Positions 46,183 through 56,142 of a stretch of 64,000 nucleotides of DNA are shown here, piece by piece. The stretch's first letter is position 1. Each line of letters starts with the position of its first letter. Location of the stretch: the sequence record PV740454.1; one strand, written 5' to 3'. The translations under genes were made by a program, and so were the position numbers. Under the pieces are notes generated by a model. The model was not told the DNA's origin. It did not search any database and saw only the letters and a program-made list of their open reading frames with translations.

Positions 46183-46644
46183 ATTAATCCATTACCTACT
46201 GTACTTTGGTCTTATACTGATGTCGAACGCGAAACTGGTCTGCGTTTCTGGGAATTGATGATCCCTAATGTAGAAGGCACTGGTATTCGTTTGTACTCTG
46301 CAAAGCACAATAACTTTGTATTCGAAGCGGTTCATCCTCATTTGCCACTAGAGCATTATTTCAATATCATTGAAGAAGTTGAAGCTGGGGTTTACTTTCA
46401 CGAACAGAGTTACACGCTTGTAAGCATCACTGATGATACGTTTCATGTTCATGTATCACAACGTGTATCGCCACGCACTCTTGAAGATATCGAGCGAATC
46501 ATCAACGAGAACGTCATTCGTTGGAGTGAAGACAGGCTAGCAACACACAAACAGCAATATCGCATTGAGTGGTCTAGCGCATGTGGAGATTATGTCATCC
46601 ACACAGTCGAGTTCGACCGAAAATGGGGTAGCTCTTATGTCTGA
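46180..46644 (+). CDS. hypothetical protein
   Basis: Cassette ATG. Confidence 0.7.
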   Translation: MINPLPTVLWSYTDVERETGLRFWELMIPNVEGTGIRLYSAKHNNFVFEAVHPHLPLEHYFNIIEEVEAGVYFHEQSYTLVSITDDTFHVHVSQRVSPRTLEDIERIINENVIRWSEDRLATHKQQYRIEWSSACGDYVIHTVEFDRKWGSSYV

Positions 46645-46912
46645 GAAAGATATTTGCGTCATTATCGTAATTGCATTGTTAGTGCTCGGATTATTGATGT
46701 TGTGGTACTTACATCCCAACTGCCCTCATCGATGGGAAGTAGTCGTTGACAAGACGCACAAATCGAGAGGTCAAGAGTACGGTGAGTTGACAGGCAGAGT
46801 GCCGTCACCAACAACTCAATACGGAATGACAGAGCTAACAAAGCGCAAACATCTAGTCATTATGAAATGCAATCGTTGTGGTAAAATACACAAAACATCT
46901 GAATGGGTTTAA
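46637..46912 (+). CDS. single-TM protein with Zn-ribbon-like tail
   Basis: CPHRW...CNRCGK. Confidence 0.65.
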   Translation: MSEKDICVIIVIALLVLGLLMLWYLHPNCPHRWEVVVDKTHKSRGQEYGELTGRVPSPTTQYGMTELTKRKHLVIMKCNRCGKIHKTSEWV

Positions 46913-46914
46913 CA

Positions 46915-47727
46915 ATGGAAATTGAAATCGAACGCAAATGGTTAGTATCGCCTGAACAATACCGTGAATTTGTTAACTGGCTTGATTACGTATCAACGGC
47001 ATCATCATGTGTGATTATGCAACGTTACTTGCGAAAAAATGAAGTTGAATTTATCGACGGTGAATTTGTAATCTCAGATTTCGAAAACAAACGTCAATAC
47101 ATCATTGAAGCGCCAAATGACATTCCCGATTTGACAGGTGCGAATCTTCGCAAGTTCGGTGCGCGTGTTCGTCAAACAATGACGAGTCAATCATCGTCTC
47201 TTGAATTCACAGTCAAGCTGCCACTTCAAGACGGTTCGAAACGAGAAGTCAATATCCCGCTAGAAGATGGGTATCGCGATTTCATTTCAAATTCTCACGC
47301 GAAAGATATCAATTCAAATGAGAATGGCAATAATGTCGCGACTGGCTTTATCATCAAGCGTCGATGGTCTGGTGAGCTAGACGAAGTGCATTACGATGCT
47401 GATAAGTTCATGAATCGACCGTATTACGTCATTGAAGCAGAATTCAAGAGCGTAGAAGAAGCTGAATCATACATCCCTGTGTTTGAGTACATTCGCGAAG
47501 TAACAGACGACAATCGATTCAGCAACAAGCGCATGTCATGGAATATCGACAATATTGACACGACTGCATATAACATCAACTTGTATGCGGATAATCTAAT
47601 CAAAGAAGCTAACGCATTGCGCGGCGACACTCTTGTTTCTATGCGCGAAAGCGTAACAAACGAAATAATGGCAGAACGTTACGAGAAAATTGCTCGTGAT
47701 TTGAAACAACTGGTAGGTGAACAATGA
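46915..47727 (+). CDS. CYTH (triphosphate tunnel metalloenzyme) domain protein
   Basis: EIERKWLV ExExK motif, RVR, EFTVK, D.F, IEAEF, SN. Confidence 0.75.
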   Translation: MEIEIERKWLVSPEQYREFVNWLDYVSTASSCVIMQRYLRKNEVEFIDGEFVISDFENKRQYIIEAPNDIPDLTGANLRKFGARVRQTMTSQSSSLEFTVKLPLQDGSKREVNIPLEDGYRDFISNSHAKDINSNENGNNVATGFIIKRRWSGELDEVHYDADKFMNRPYYVIEAEFKSVEEAESYIPVFEYIREVTDDNRFSNKRMSWNIDNIDTTAYNINLYADNLIKEANALRGDTLVSMRESVTNEIMAERYEKIARDLKQLVGEQ

Positions 47728-48206
47728 AAGTATATGCAATTCACATCAACAACTTATCCACAGGCATGTTCTGCGGTGAGCCTATCGCGCAAGGTTGTTT
47801 CAATCTAATCGTAGATCGTCTACCGAGTGAAGCAATCTATGAGAGACACGGTCGTTTCTTAATCAGCAACACAGACGGGGTTTGGCGTCACTTTACAATC
47901 GGTGAGCAAGGCGGATTTGCTGGTCGTACGTTCAAATTGCGCATGAAAGGTGGCGTTGTATTCAAGAACAAAGGTTATCATTATGAAGAATTTCACGGCA
48001 ATCTTTGGGATACAGCAGCAGCCGTTCAAAAGTGTGAAGAACTCGCTGGTAGTCCATTAATGAGTGTTTCACTGCGACCGGACAGCAGTAACGGTTGTTT
48101 CATCGGTGGGTATTACTTCAGTCAAGATGAGGTGATCTTGAAGTTCAGTCATCTAATTCGATTCGCACACCCAACCCAGAACAGAGCAATAACATTTGGT
48201 GAATGA
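47724..48206 (+). CDS. hypothetical protein
   Basis: ATGA overlap. Confidence 0.65.
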   Translation: MKVYAIHINNLSTGMFCGEPIAQGCFNLIVDRLPSEAIYERHGRFLISNTDGVWRHFTIGEQGGFAGRTFKLRMKGGVVFKNKGYHYEEFHGNLWDTAAAVQKCEELAGSPLMSVSLRPDSSNGCFIGGYYFSQDEVILKFSHLIRFAHPTQNRAITFGE

Positions 48207-48207
48207 C

Positions 48208-48723
48208 ATGAGTCTGACAGAGAAAATAATCAACTTAGAGCTACGTATTGAAGCACTTGAGCGACAATTGAACAAACAGTCACAGCGTAACTCATACGAA
48301 TATGACGTTGAAGACGAACATATATCGTTGCATCCAGTTGATGACACGTTTGATATGTTCAGACTCAAGCGAGAGTTGCTTATTGCTCTTACTCAATCGT
48401 CTAAGCGTTATCTCGATATCACGTTCGAGAACTACCCTGAAGCACCTCGTTACAAAGTATATCAGAATCATCTAATGCAAGATGTTGGTATGTCTGACAA
48501 AGACAGAAAGCAACTTGCAAAGATTCGATATCTTATTGCAGAAGAAATGTCTGTTGGTGATGAGTTTGAATGTCCTGGTTGTGGCGAGCCAGTTATCAAG
48601 AAATCATATCAGCAACGATACTGTGGTGTTAAAAAGCGCGGTTCGAGTAATTGCAAAGATTTCATTAACAATTGGTTCAGTGTGAAACGTGCTGAACGCA
48701 CAAAGCAATGGATTGAGAAATAA
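48208..48723 (+). CDS. hypothetical protein with C-terminal Zn finger
   Basis: CPGC...YCG...C. Confidence 0.65.
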   Translation: MSLTEKIINLELRIEALERQLNKQSQRNSYEYDVEDEHISLHPVDDTFDMFRLKRELLIALTQSSKRYLDITFENYPEAPRYKVYQNHLMQDVGMSDKDRKQLAKIRYLIAEEMSVGDEFECPGCGEPVIKKSYQQRYCGVKKRGSSNCKDFINNWFSVKRAERTKQWIEK

Positions 48724-49016
48724 TGCCTAGTACAACTCTAGTCTGCTTCGATTGCAGAACGACAAAACGAGAGATATCGATTGCTTGTACGACATGGGAG
48801 AGAGATCGCCCAAGTTGTACTTGTCAACACTGCGGTCAAGATATGCACCGAGTCACATCGAGCATACCTGTACCGAAGAAGAGTGATGAACGCGGTTGGA
48901 AAGAATTGCTGAATCATGTCAGTAAATGGAACATTATTCAAGAAGAGAAAGATCGGTGGCATAATACTTTTAGATGCATGAGGTTGCGGGATGAAGCAAA
49001 GAATAGTAGAATGTAA
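48723..49016 (+). CDS. Zn-ribbon protein
   Basis: CFDC...CQHCG. Confidence 0.65.
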   Translation: MPSTTLVCFDCRTTKREISIACTTWERDRPSCTCQHCGQDMHRVTSSIPVPKKSDERGWKELLNHVSKWNIIQEEKDRWHNTFRCMRLRDEAKNSRM

Positions 49017-49227
49017 AGACTGGAACGGTAGAATTTATTACCGTATGCAGTTTAAAACATGGTACTTTCCATTCTGGCGATACGTGAAGCGCGACAACGG
49101 TTACGGCGGTGAATACATCGTCGAGCAAGACACACCAGAAGAACTAGTGCAATTTCTAAAACTCAAACACATAAAAGAGCGTGATAAAAAACGTGTTGTC
49201 ACAGGGGTGTATGATGATAACCTTTAA
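48991..49227 (+). CDS. hypothetical protein
   Basis: ORF tiling. Confidence 0.6.
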   Translation: MKQRIVECKDWNGRIYYRMQFKTWYFPFWRYVKRDNGYGGEYIVEQDTPEELVQFLKLKHIKERDKKRVVTGVYDDNL

Positions 49228-49561
49228 AGGTCTTTTCTCAAAGAAGAAGTGGAATGTTGTCGGTCGTTCAGAAATCACAAATCTATGGACTGTTACGAAA
49301 GACAATCCACAAGTTAAATGTCGATTACTTCTGAAAGAAGACCAATTCGGTAATCGAGATTATGAGCTTGATATGCTAGACGTTGATTCATGGTTTTTTA
49401 ATAGCTCGACGAAGTACTATATGATCGACCAAATCTTACCGCGTGAGTACGTTCACAAGTTCATGAAAGGTTGGTCTGTTGATAAAGTGAATCGCATCTA
49501 TGGTGAGAATGTTTTCACTATTGAAAAGACGCCGTACGAGTCGTTCAAAGATTGGCGATAA
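49214..49561 (+). CDS. hypothetical protein
   Basis: GGGGTG SD. Confidence 0.6.
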   Translation: MITFKGLFSKKKWNVVGRSEITNLWTVTKDNPQVKCRLLLKEDQFGNRDYELDMLDVDSWFFNSSTKYYMIDQILPREYVHKFMKGWSVDKVNRIYGENVFTIEKTPYESFKDWR

Positions 49562-49562
49562 C

Positions 49563-49685
49563 GAAAGCCCCTTAATTGGGGCTTTTTTAGGTTTGATGAA
49601 AAATAATTGAAAAAGTTATTGACTCATGTTTAGAAAACACTTATTATGTGTCTATCGAAACGAAACACGGAAAGAGAAAATTATG
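49563..49685 (+). promoter_or_regulatory. terminator plus early promoter/leader cassette
   Basis: AAAGCCCC-TTAATT-GGGGCTTTTTT (same as 29501, including downstream AGGTTTGA..AAAATAATT); TTGACT...TATTAT; ATCGAAACGAAACAC. Confidence 0.85.
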
Positions 49686-50012
49686 ACAACAATTACTGTA
49701 ATGAGCGACATGCACTTCGGTCACACTAACAAAGTAAAAGAAAACAATCTTGTTGCTGGTGTTATGAAGAAACTGATAAACGATAACAACGTATCTTACT
49801 GTAAGTTATACCGCGAGAAACGCACGTCAAAGCATCGTAGCAACATCAACGGTAAGAGCGTACGTTTCTTCGGGTTTTATGGTAAAGACGTTGAGAAGAA
49901 GCTACAGACGGTTCTACGCGAGTTCAACGAACTGTTTACTGATTCGTACGTAGCTGAACTACACTCATCATACTTTGGTCGCCGCAAAACGATTCAAATT
50001 TTTAGGAAGTAG
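49683..50012 (+). CDS. hypothetical basic protein
   Basis: Cassette ATG. Confidence 0.7.
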   Translation: MTTITVMSDMHFGHTNKVKENNLVAGVMKKLINDNNVSYCKLYREKRTSKHRSNINGKSVRFFGFYGKDVEKKLQTVLREFNELFTDSYVAELHSSYFGRRKTIQIFRK

Positions 50013-50014
50013 TT

Positions 50015-50395
50015 ATGAAAAGAGATATCAGTCGTCTATCAGTCACTGACATTGTATACAGTGCTGATTGGACAGAATCAATGATTCTTCAAGGTGAAGA
50101 GCATTGGGCAACAACAAAGACGACACATGGCAATTATCGATTAACTGGTATCCAGAAAGACGGTGAAGAGCTACCAGAGTTTTTGAACAATGATCTTGAG
50201 CACATAATCGAAGTAGTCAATCAATCGATTAAAGATCGTACAAGTGGGATGTACGCTAGACGTTTACATCGTCACGTCGTATTAGAATCGTCTGAAACAG
50301 TGTTTCACGTTCGTCTTGGCTATGGTGATGCAGAGTCGCGTTCACCTGCAAAATATCTGCATGAAATTAAAATTGAGGTTGTTGAAAATGAGTAG
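50015..50395 (+). CDS. hypothetical protein
   Basis: AGGA SD. Confidence 0.65.
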   Translation: MKRDISRLSVTDIVYSADWTESMILQGEEHWATTKTTHGNYRLTGIQKDGEELPEFLNNDLEHIIEVVNQSIKDRTSGMYARRLHRHVVLESSETVFHVRLGYGDAESRSPAKYLHEIKIEVVENE

Positions 50396-50837
50396 TTGGT
50401 CTGATTACGAACTTGAAGGTCGTTCAAACCCAGAACGTCACAAAATGCAAAATGTCGTTGATGAAATGTGTCGTATTATGACAGAAACACCGTTTCGCTT
50501 TGAAGATACACGACACACAGTTAATTTCGATAACGGAATTGAATTGTGGAAACGTGATATGACTAAAGTTTGGGAAGGCACTGACACGGTTACTGTCTTC
50601 ACATACGAACAAGCACAGCAGTTAAGAGCTGCGTATGATAAAACAATGGTTACAAAGAAATCACGCACACAAGAGCGCCTAGAGCGTAGTTTCATGTATA
50701 AGCACACTCAGACAACAAAAGCAGAAGGTGAAACATCGTCTAGTGAGCGTAGAAAGAATCGTGATCGCGGGATTGGAGTAGAGTACGTCCGCAAGAGCGT
50801 ACCAACAAACAAGAAATGGTGGGAGTTTTGGAAATGA
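50388..50837 (+). CDS. hypothetical protein with WWEFWK C-terminus
   Basis: GAGG SD; KKWWEFWK end. Confidence 0.65.
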   Translation: MSSWSDYELEGRSNPERHKMQNVVDEMCRIMTETPFRFEDTRHTVNFDNGIELWKRDMTKVWEGTDTVTVFTYEQAQQLRAAYDKTMVTKKSRTQERLERSFMYKHTQTTKAEGETSSSERRKNRDRGIGVEYVRKSVPTNKKWWEFWK

Positions 50838-51283
50838 TGACATCTGACGAAATGGCAAAAGAAATGATTCGCGTACGTTCAGCAGTGAACTTGTTTGATA
50901 CATGTTACACGTTGCAAGAAGCATACGAAAGAGACAGACGTTTGATGTCTGCATTGCCAGAGAATGTTCGCTTTATGTGGCAGAAACGTGATGAAATGAA
51001 CGAAGCTGTATTTGCTGAAATCAGCCGAATTGAAAAGCGCATCGACAAAACGCTTTGTGAAATCAACGATCCGCTACACGCAATCGGTAAGCGAGTTGTC
51101 AAGAAATCACGAAAACCGTTTAAAGGCGGTGAAGATATTGTTCGTGTCACTGGTATTACGAAGCACCCGAACGTTGACGGGTATGCATTCACGTACAACT
51201 ATTCAAAAGATGACGGGTCGCTAGGTCAGTCTTACATTTATACAAAAATGGTAACAATCGATTACTCAGATATGGAGCTGTAA
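50834..51283 (+). CDS. hypothetical protein
   Basis: GGAG SD. Confidence 0.65.
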   Translation: MMTSDEMAKEMIRVRSAVNLFDTCYTLQEAYERDRRLMSALPENVRFMWQKRDEMNEAVFAEISRIEKRIDKTLCEINDPLHAIGKRVVKKSRKPFKGGEDIVRVTGITKHPNVDGYAFTYNYSKDDGSLGQSYIYTKMVTIDYSDMEL

Positions 51284-51284
51284 C

Positions 51285-51689
51285 ATGTTAGAAAAATTAA
51301 ACGAATTCGTAAAAGATAAACCACTTGCTTCACTCGTGATCGCGGTTGCACTTGGTGTTGTTGGTACAAAAGTCATTCAAGCTGATCCACTTGCGGAAAA
51401 ACCGTTAACAAAATATCGCGTTGTTTACGAGCACACATTGGATTACGGTCGTAATTGTGGCACTGAAAAAGGCTACTTCTGGTTTACTCAAGAGCTTGAC
51501 GAAGGCTTGTTGTTCGATGACTGGAAGCCAATGGGTTGGTGTGCAGACAACGAAACTGAAGCTCGTACATTAGCAGAGCGCGTAATCAAAAAACGCATCG
51601 AAACTGAAAACTCTAAAAACCGAATCTACCAAGCATGGGCGACGAAAGAAGACTCAGTTCGATTTGAACCATTGAAGGTAATTGAATGA
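51285..51689 (+). CDS. single-TM membrane protein
   Basis: N-terminal hydrophobic helix. Confidence 0.65.
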   Translation: MLEKLNEFVKDKPLASLVIAVALGVVGTKVIQADPLAEKPLTKYRVVYEHTLDYGRNCGTEKGYFWFTQELDEGLLFDDWKPMGWCADNETEARTLAERVIKKRIETENSKNRIYQAWATKEDSVRFEPLKVIE

Positions 51690-52015
51690 TCAGTTTAACT
51701 ACTTTGATTGCACTGTTCGCAGTGCATTTCATTGCAGATTTCTTCGTACAGACAGAACATCAAGCAATGAACAAGAGCAAAAACATATTACCACTAGCAA
51801 GACATTGCTTCACGTATGCACTGTGCTTCTTGCCATTCGGCATCGTGTTTGCTATTCTATCGGGAATCTTGCACATGGTCGTTGATTACTGCACTTCAAA
51901 GATGACAAGCTCACTTTGGGCGAAAGGTGAAACTCGTAAGTTCTTCCAAGTAATCGGTCTCGATCAGTTTCTACATGCAATTAGTTTAGTGTCTGTGTAC
52001 GTTGCACTGAATTAA
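51686..52015 (+). CDS. DUF3307 family membrane protein
   Basis: HFIADFFVQT, RHC..Y, H...D, DQFLH motifs. Confidence 0.8.
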   Translation: MISLTTLIALFAVHFIADFFVQTEHQAMNKSKNILPLARHCFTYALCFLPFGIVFAILSGILHMVVDYCTSKMTSSLWAKGETRKFFQVIGLDQFLHAISLVSVYVALN

Positions 52016-52029
52016 TTTAAAAATATCTA

Positions 52030-52111
52030 AAAAAGTGCTTGCACTACGTAAGCACTTTCTGTATTATATCTACATCAACTGAGAGATAAACAGAAAAGAG
52101 AGAACATTATG
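52030..52111 (+). promoter_or_regulatory. early promoter with inverted repeat over -35
   Basis: AAAGTGCTT-GCACTACGT-AAGCACTTT; TTGCAC...TATTAT; AGAGAGAACATT-ATG. Confidence 0.75.
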
Positions 52112-52357
52112 AAAATCAATCTACGCAAACTTCTAATGTGGTGGGACGAGAACGAGCAAGCAGCAGACGAGTTTACAAACTTCGTTCTTGAATACGCAAT
52201 GAAAGCTGGTAATGACAACTTCATTTCTGACTACGCAACTTACTTGCGTGATTCAGGCAAATACACAGTGCCAAATCTATCTGACTTGGAATCTCTTCTT
52301 CGTCATGCTGGATTGAAAGCTCAATTTGATGGTCGTCATACTCGCATTGTTCTATAA
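52109..52357 (+). CDS. hypothetical protein
   Basis: Cassette ATG. Confidence 0.7.
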   Translation: MKINLRKLLMWWDENEQAADEFTNFVLEYAMKAGNDNFISDYATYLRDSGKYTVPNLSDLESLLRHAGLKAQFDGRHTRIVL

Positions 52358-52366
52358 GAGGTCAAT

Positions 52367-52792
52367 ATGTTAAAGAAACTGTGGTACAAGATTTTCGGCG
52401 ATCCTGAATGGAAAGTTGCAGGGTACACCAAGCGGCATTCATTTTCAGTAACTGATAGTAAATGGCATAGTGATGGTGACATCAAGTGTCGTGCAGTTGT
52501 TCTGGTTAACAAACATGATCGTCGCAATATCAAAATTGTATACGACGAGTACAATTATTCTGGAACTTGCAGTGACATGTCTTTGATCAACAAGATATTG
52601 TCACTGAAGAAACAAAACTTGATTTACAGTAGCATTTCAACGAAGAAGCTTAACACGTACGATGGTTTTGATTTGTGTGAACACCATGAAGCATTCTACG
52701 ATTGGGAAGCATTCAACAACGATTTCGTCTACGGTGTAACAGACTTGAGTGGTCGTTTAATTGAGAAAAGCGAAGCGACTGAAACTGAGTAG
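52367..52792 (+). CDS. hypothetical protein
   Basis: GAGG SD. Confidence 0.65.
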   Translation: MLKKLWYKIFGDPEWKVAGYTKRHSFSVTDSKWHSDGDIKCRAVVLVNKHDRRNIKIVYDEYNYSGTCSDMSLINKILSLKKQNLIYSSISTKKLNTYDGFDLCEHHEAFYDWEAFNNDFVYGVTDLSGRLIEKSEATETE

Positions 52793-52854
52793 GCGGAAAA
52801 ATTCCGCATCATCTTAGTAGTATTAGGGGTTTTAGTAATATTAGGGATATTAGA

Positions 52855-53583
52855 ATGATTCGTACATATCAAGCAATCAACGATTTGAAAATCAAAATGC
52901 ATCCGTTTGATCGAGTAGCCAATGCTAACAATGACGAAAGTTCAGTGCGCGAGTGGCACGATACTGAAAGAAACGAAACCGCAGACTGGAATATTCGCGA
53001 GTTTCACTGGCGTGACATTCTATTCTGGGAACCACCAACAGGTGATTTGTCAGTTGAGTATACATCATCGACGGGTGAGATTGGCAAGTGTCAAGCGCAT
53101 TATCTTGGTGAGCTAGATGATTGTCGCTTCTGGCGTCCATGTTTAACATCACTGAATGCTCAGTATATTGATAAAACTGATGTGCAGAAAGCACTTGATG
53201 ATCTGACTGCGGTTGATATCTTCTCAAAAGAAGAAGGCGTTGAATCTGGGTTGAAGAACCCAATTAACACTCACGTTCACGGGATTTCAGACGAAGAACT
53301 TGATAAAGCAATTGCTGAATCAGAAGTCGAAATCAATGCGAAATCAGACCATGAAACGTCGCATTACTTTCAAGGTCTTCCGTATCATGTCGTCGGCAAT
53401 GATCCATTCGATGACAACTACGTTTATGTTGTTCGCGAAGGCAGTGCTATACAGAAAGCGCATGTTAATGAAGTGTATAGTCAGCATGAAAAAGATGAAG
53501 CTGATAAAGTTCGTTCTGAATTTTCGATGACAGCCCGAGACGTAGACATTGTTAAGATGATTAAGTTCATCAAAGCAATGTAG
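52855..53583 (+). CDS. hypothetical acidic protein
   Basis: 242-aa ORF. Confidence 0.65.
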   Translation: MIRTYQAINDLKIKMHPFDRVANANNDESSVREWHDTERNETADWNIREFHWRDILFWEPPTGDLSVEYTSSTGEIGKCQAHYLGELDDCRFWRPCLTSLNAQYIDKTDVQKALDDLTAVDIFSKEEGVESGLKNPINTHVHGISDEELDKAIAESEVEINAKSDHETSHYFQGLPYHVVGNDPFDDNYVYVVREGSAIQKAHVNEVYSQHEKDEADKVRSEFSMTARDVDIVKMIKFIKAM

Positions 53584-53622
53584 CTAAATAAGTCATATGT
53601 TATCAACAAAAGGGTTTAAATT

Positions 53623-54555
53623 ATGACATTACCTTCGACTGGCTCAATAAGCATGTTAGATGTAATCGAAGAGCTTGATGGTGTCAGAACTGCTAGACAA
53701 ATCTCATTAAATGATGCGGATGTTCGTCAACTTGCGGGTAAAGCGTCTGGCATTATTACGATGAATGATTTGCGCGGGAAGAGCAACAGCAGTCATATTC
53801 TAACGTCTGCGTCGTATAGTTGGTTTGGCAACACCTTCTACGGGTTCTCAATAACTGATAATTCGCTTAGTTTTGGTCCATTCGGTTCGATAAGTCCGAA
53901 CACGTTAGTACATACAACTGGTACAGCTACGATACAAAAATTATATGCTGCATCTTCTGGTAATGTAATGGCGTTTATAACTGACACAATTCCATCGTTC
54001 AACATTGCAACGCTGAAATTGTCAAACCAGATTATCAACCCGATTAAAAGTTCGCCGAACAATAACATTAAGAATATCACTGTTGATGCGACGCTAGTTA
54101 ATGCGATAAGAGCAACTGGTGATGTTCCAATGACTATCAATTCCATCATCAACAACGGCGAAGATCTTGGGTTCAATGATACAAGCTCTAACAGTGATTA
54201 CGAATACCCTGATTTCGTGATTTACATGAACGGTACATTCGGTGGGTATCCACTTGCAGGGCCGAACAGATGGATGAAAACAGGGTTCACGCCTGTGATT
54301 GGTCGTAAATATCGAGTTATTTTAGGTAGCCCGCTATATGCACCAACATTCAACACTAGCCCAGCAAGTAACAGCAATGTTACAGTAAGTGGCATTACTC
54401 TGAACGAAGGTCTTGGTCGTCAGTTCGACTTTACACCTATAACAAACTCAGGGTCAGTTACATTCTCTATATTCATGGAGCAGACAACTGATTTTGCAAT
54501 CATTGACATGGTAACCGGTGAAATAGCGTTCCACAAAGTAACATATTTCCCGTAA
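53623..54555 (+). CDS. late-type, probably virion-associated fibre/adhesin-like protein
   Basis: CTAAATA at 53584; N-terminal MTLPSTGSIS...ISLND..VR.LAG..SG.I.M.DL.GKS phage module; N/S/T/I-rich beta-type remainder. Confidence 0.55.
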   Translation: MTLPSTGSISMLDVIEELDGVRTARQISLNDADVRQLAGKASGIITMNDLRGKSNSSHILTSASYSWFGNTFYGFSITDNSLSFGPFGSISPNTLVHTTGTATIQKLYAASSGNVMAFITDTIPSFNIATLKLSNQIINPIKSSPNNNIKNITVDATLVNAIRATGDVPMTINSIINNGEDLGFNDTSSNSDYEYPDFVIYMNGTFGGYPLAGPNRWMKTGFTPVIGRKYRVILGSPLYAPTFNTSPASNSNVTVSGITLNEGLGRQFDFTPITNSGSVTFSIFMEQTTDFAIIDMVTGEIAFHKVTYFP

Positions 54556-54627
54556 GAAATAGTTTAACTTAACAAAAACGTGATATAGAATTTAATCACA
54601 CAAACAGCATAAAATGGGAGACATACA

Positions 54628-56121
54628 ATGCTAAACTTCAATCAAAATATCGTAATCGCAACTGACAGCTACAAAGTTTCACACTGGTCTCAATTCCCTC
54701 GTGGTCTAGAGTACAGCCAATATTATGCCGAAAGTCGGGGTGGCAAGTTCGACAAAATTATGGTCGATGGTATGGCATACATGTGTCGTATTCTCGAAAA
54801 AGGTGTTGCAATGAATGATGTCAAGCGTGCGAAACGTCTGTTCAAAAAGCACTTTGGTTCAGAAGTCTTCAATGACAAGGGTTGGGAAATCATCGTTAAC
54901 GAGCTGAAAGGCAAACTGCCTATTAAGATTCGTGCGGTGAAAGAAGGTACTGTAGTACCAGTTAAGCACCCTATCTTGACGATTGAGAACACAGATCCAC
55001 GTTTTGGCTGGCTTCCTGGCTATCTTGAAACGTTTATCTTGCGTGCTATTTGGTATCCGACAACTGTGGCAACGATCTCGTTCGAAGTGAAGAAAATCAT
55101 CCGCGAATTCATGAAGAAAACTGTAGATGACAATCGAATTGCAGAACAAGAGCCGTTCAAACTTCACGACTTTGGTTCTCGTGGTGTATCAAGTGGCGAA
55201 TCGGCAGCTATTGGCGGTCAAGCACACTTGAAAAACTTCTTGGGGACTGACACTGTTGAAGCACTAATCGCAGTTGAAGACATTTACGCTGAAGACGTTG
55301 AAGACTTCATTGCGGGATTCTCAATCCCTGCACGTGAGCACTCAACAACTACTATCTACAAAGAGCAAGGCGAAGATCAAGCGTTCTTAAACTCAATTGA
55401 GCAATGGGGCGCAGGTGCATACGCTTGTGTAATGGACAGCTACGACTACGAGAATGCTATGAATCGTATTTCGACTGGTCGTTTTAAAGAGCTGATCATC
55501 AGCAAAGGCGGCGTGTTTGTTGCACGTCCTGACTCTGGTGTTCCTGTAGATGTCGTAATGAAAGGTCTTGAAATTCTTGGTAAGAACGTTGGCTACACAG
55601 TCAATAGCAAAGGCTACAAAGTTCTACACCCGAGTTTCCGTATCATTCAGGGCGACGGCGTAAACATCGAAGAAATTCGTCGAATCTTGTCTTACATGGA
55701 AAGTAAAGGTTGGTCGGCAGAAAACATTGCGTTCGGCATGGGTGGTGGTTTGCTTCAGCAACTAGACCGCGATACTCAACGCTTTGCAATGAAGATGTCA
55801 GCAGCTATCATCAATGGTGAATACGTTAGCGTATTTAAGATGCCAAAGACTGATCCGACTAAAGCATCAAAAGCGGGATTCTTAGATTTGATTGCATTCG
55901 ATGCAGAAAATCCGAATCCAGCAGCACGTGGCTACCGTACTGTCTCATCTGAAGACTACGAAAATCGCGTACATGCGAAAAGCGTGATGCAGACTATCTT
56001 CGAAAATGGCGAAACAGTTGGCGACTTCTCGCTAGAAGAAGCGCGTAAACTATCAGACGTACAAGCAGATTTCACAAACGAAGGTGAGTGGAAGGTTGCT
56101 AAAAAGATTGTAACTGCTTAA
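54628..56121 (+). CDS. nadV: nicotinamide phosphoribosyltransferase (NAMPT)
   Basis: TDSYKVSH, LHDFGSRG, AREHST, DSYD, RPDSG, IQGDG, GMGGGLLQ. Confidence 0.95.
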   Translation: MLNFNQNIVIATDSYKVSHWSQFPRGLEYSQYYAESRGGKFDKIMVDGMAYMCRILEKGVAMNDVKRAKRLFKKHFGSEVFNDKGWEIIVNELKGKLPIKIRAVKEGTVVPVKHPILTIENTDPRFGWLPGYLETFILRAIWYPTTVATISFEVKKIIREFMKKTVDDNRIAEQEPFKLHDFGSRGVSSGESAAIGGQAHLKNFLGTDTVEALIAVEDIYAEDVEDFIAGFSIPAREHSTTTIYKEQGEDQAFLNSIEQWGAGAYACVMDSYDYENAMNRISTGRFKELIISKGGVFVARPDSGVPVDVVMKGLEILGKNVGYTVNSKGYKVLHPSFRIIQGDGVNIEEIRRILSYMESKGWSAENIAFGMGGGLLQQLDRDTQRFAMKMSAAIINGEYVSVFKMPKTDPTKASKAGFLDLIAFDAENPNPAARGYRTVSSEDYENRVHAKSVMQTIFENGETVGDFSLEEARKLSDVQADFTNEGEWKVAKKIVTA

Positions 56122-56142
56122 TGTGATATATTCACATTTAAT

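Noticed and set aside
52823-52846. TTAGGG telomere-like hexamers
   Set aside because: Only two copies within a longer AT-rich repeat in a T4-type genome; no telomere function expected.
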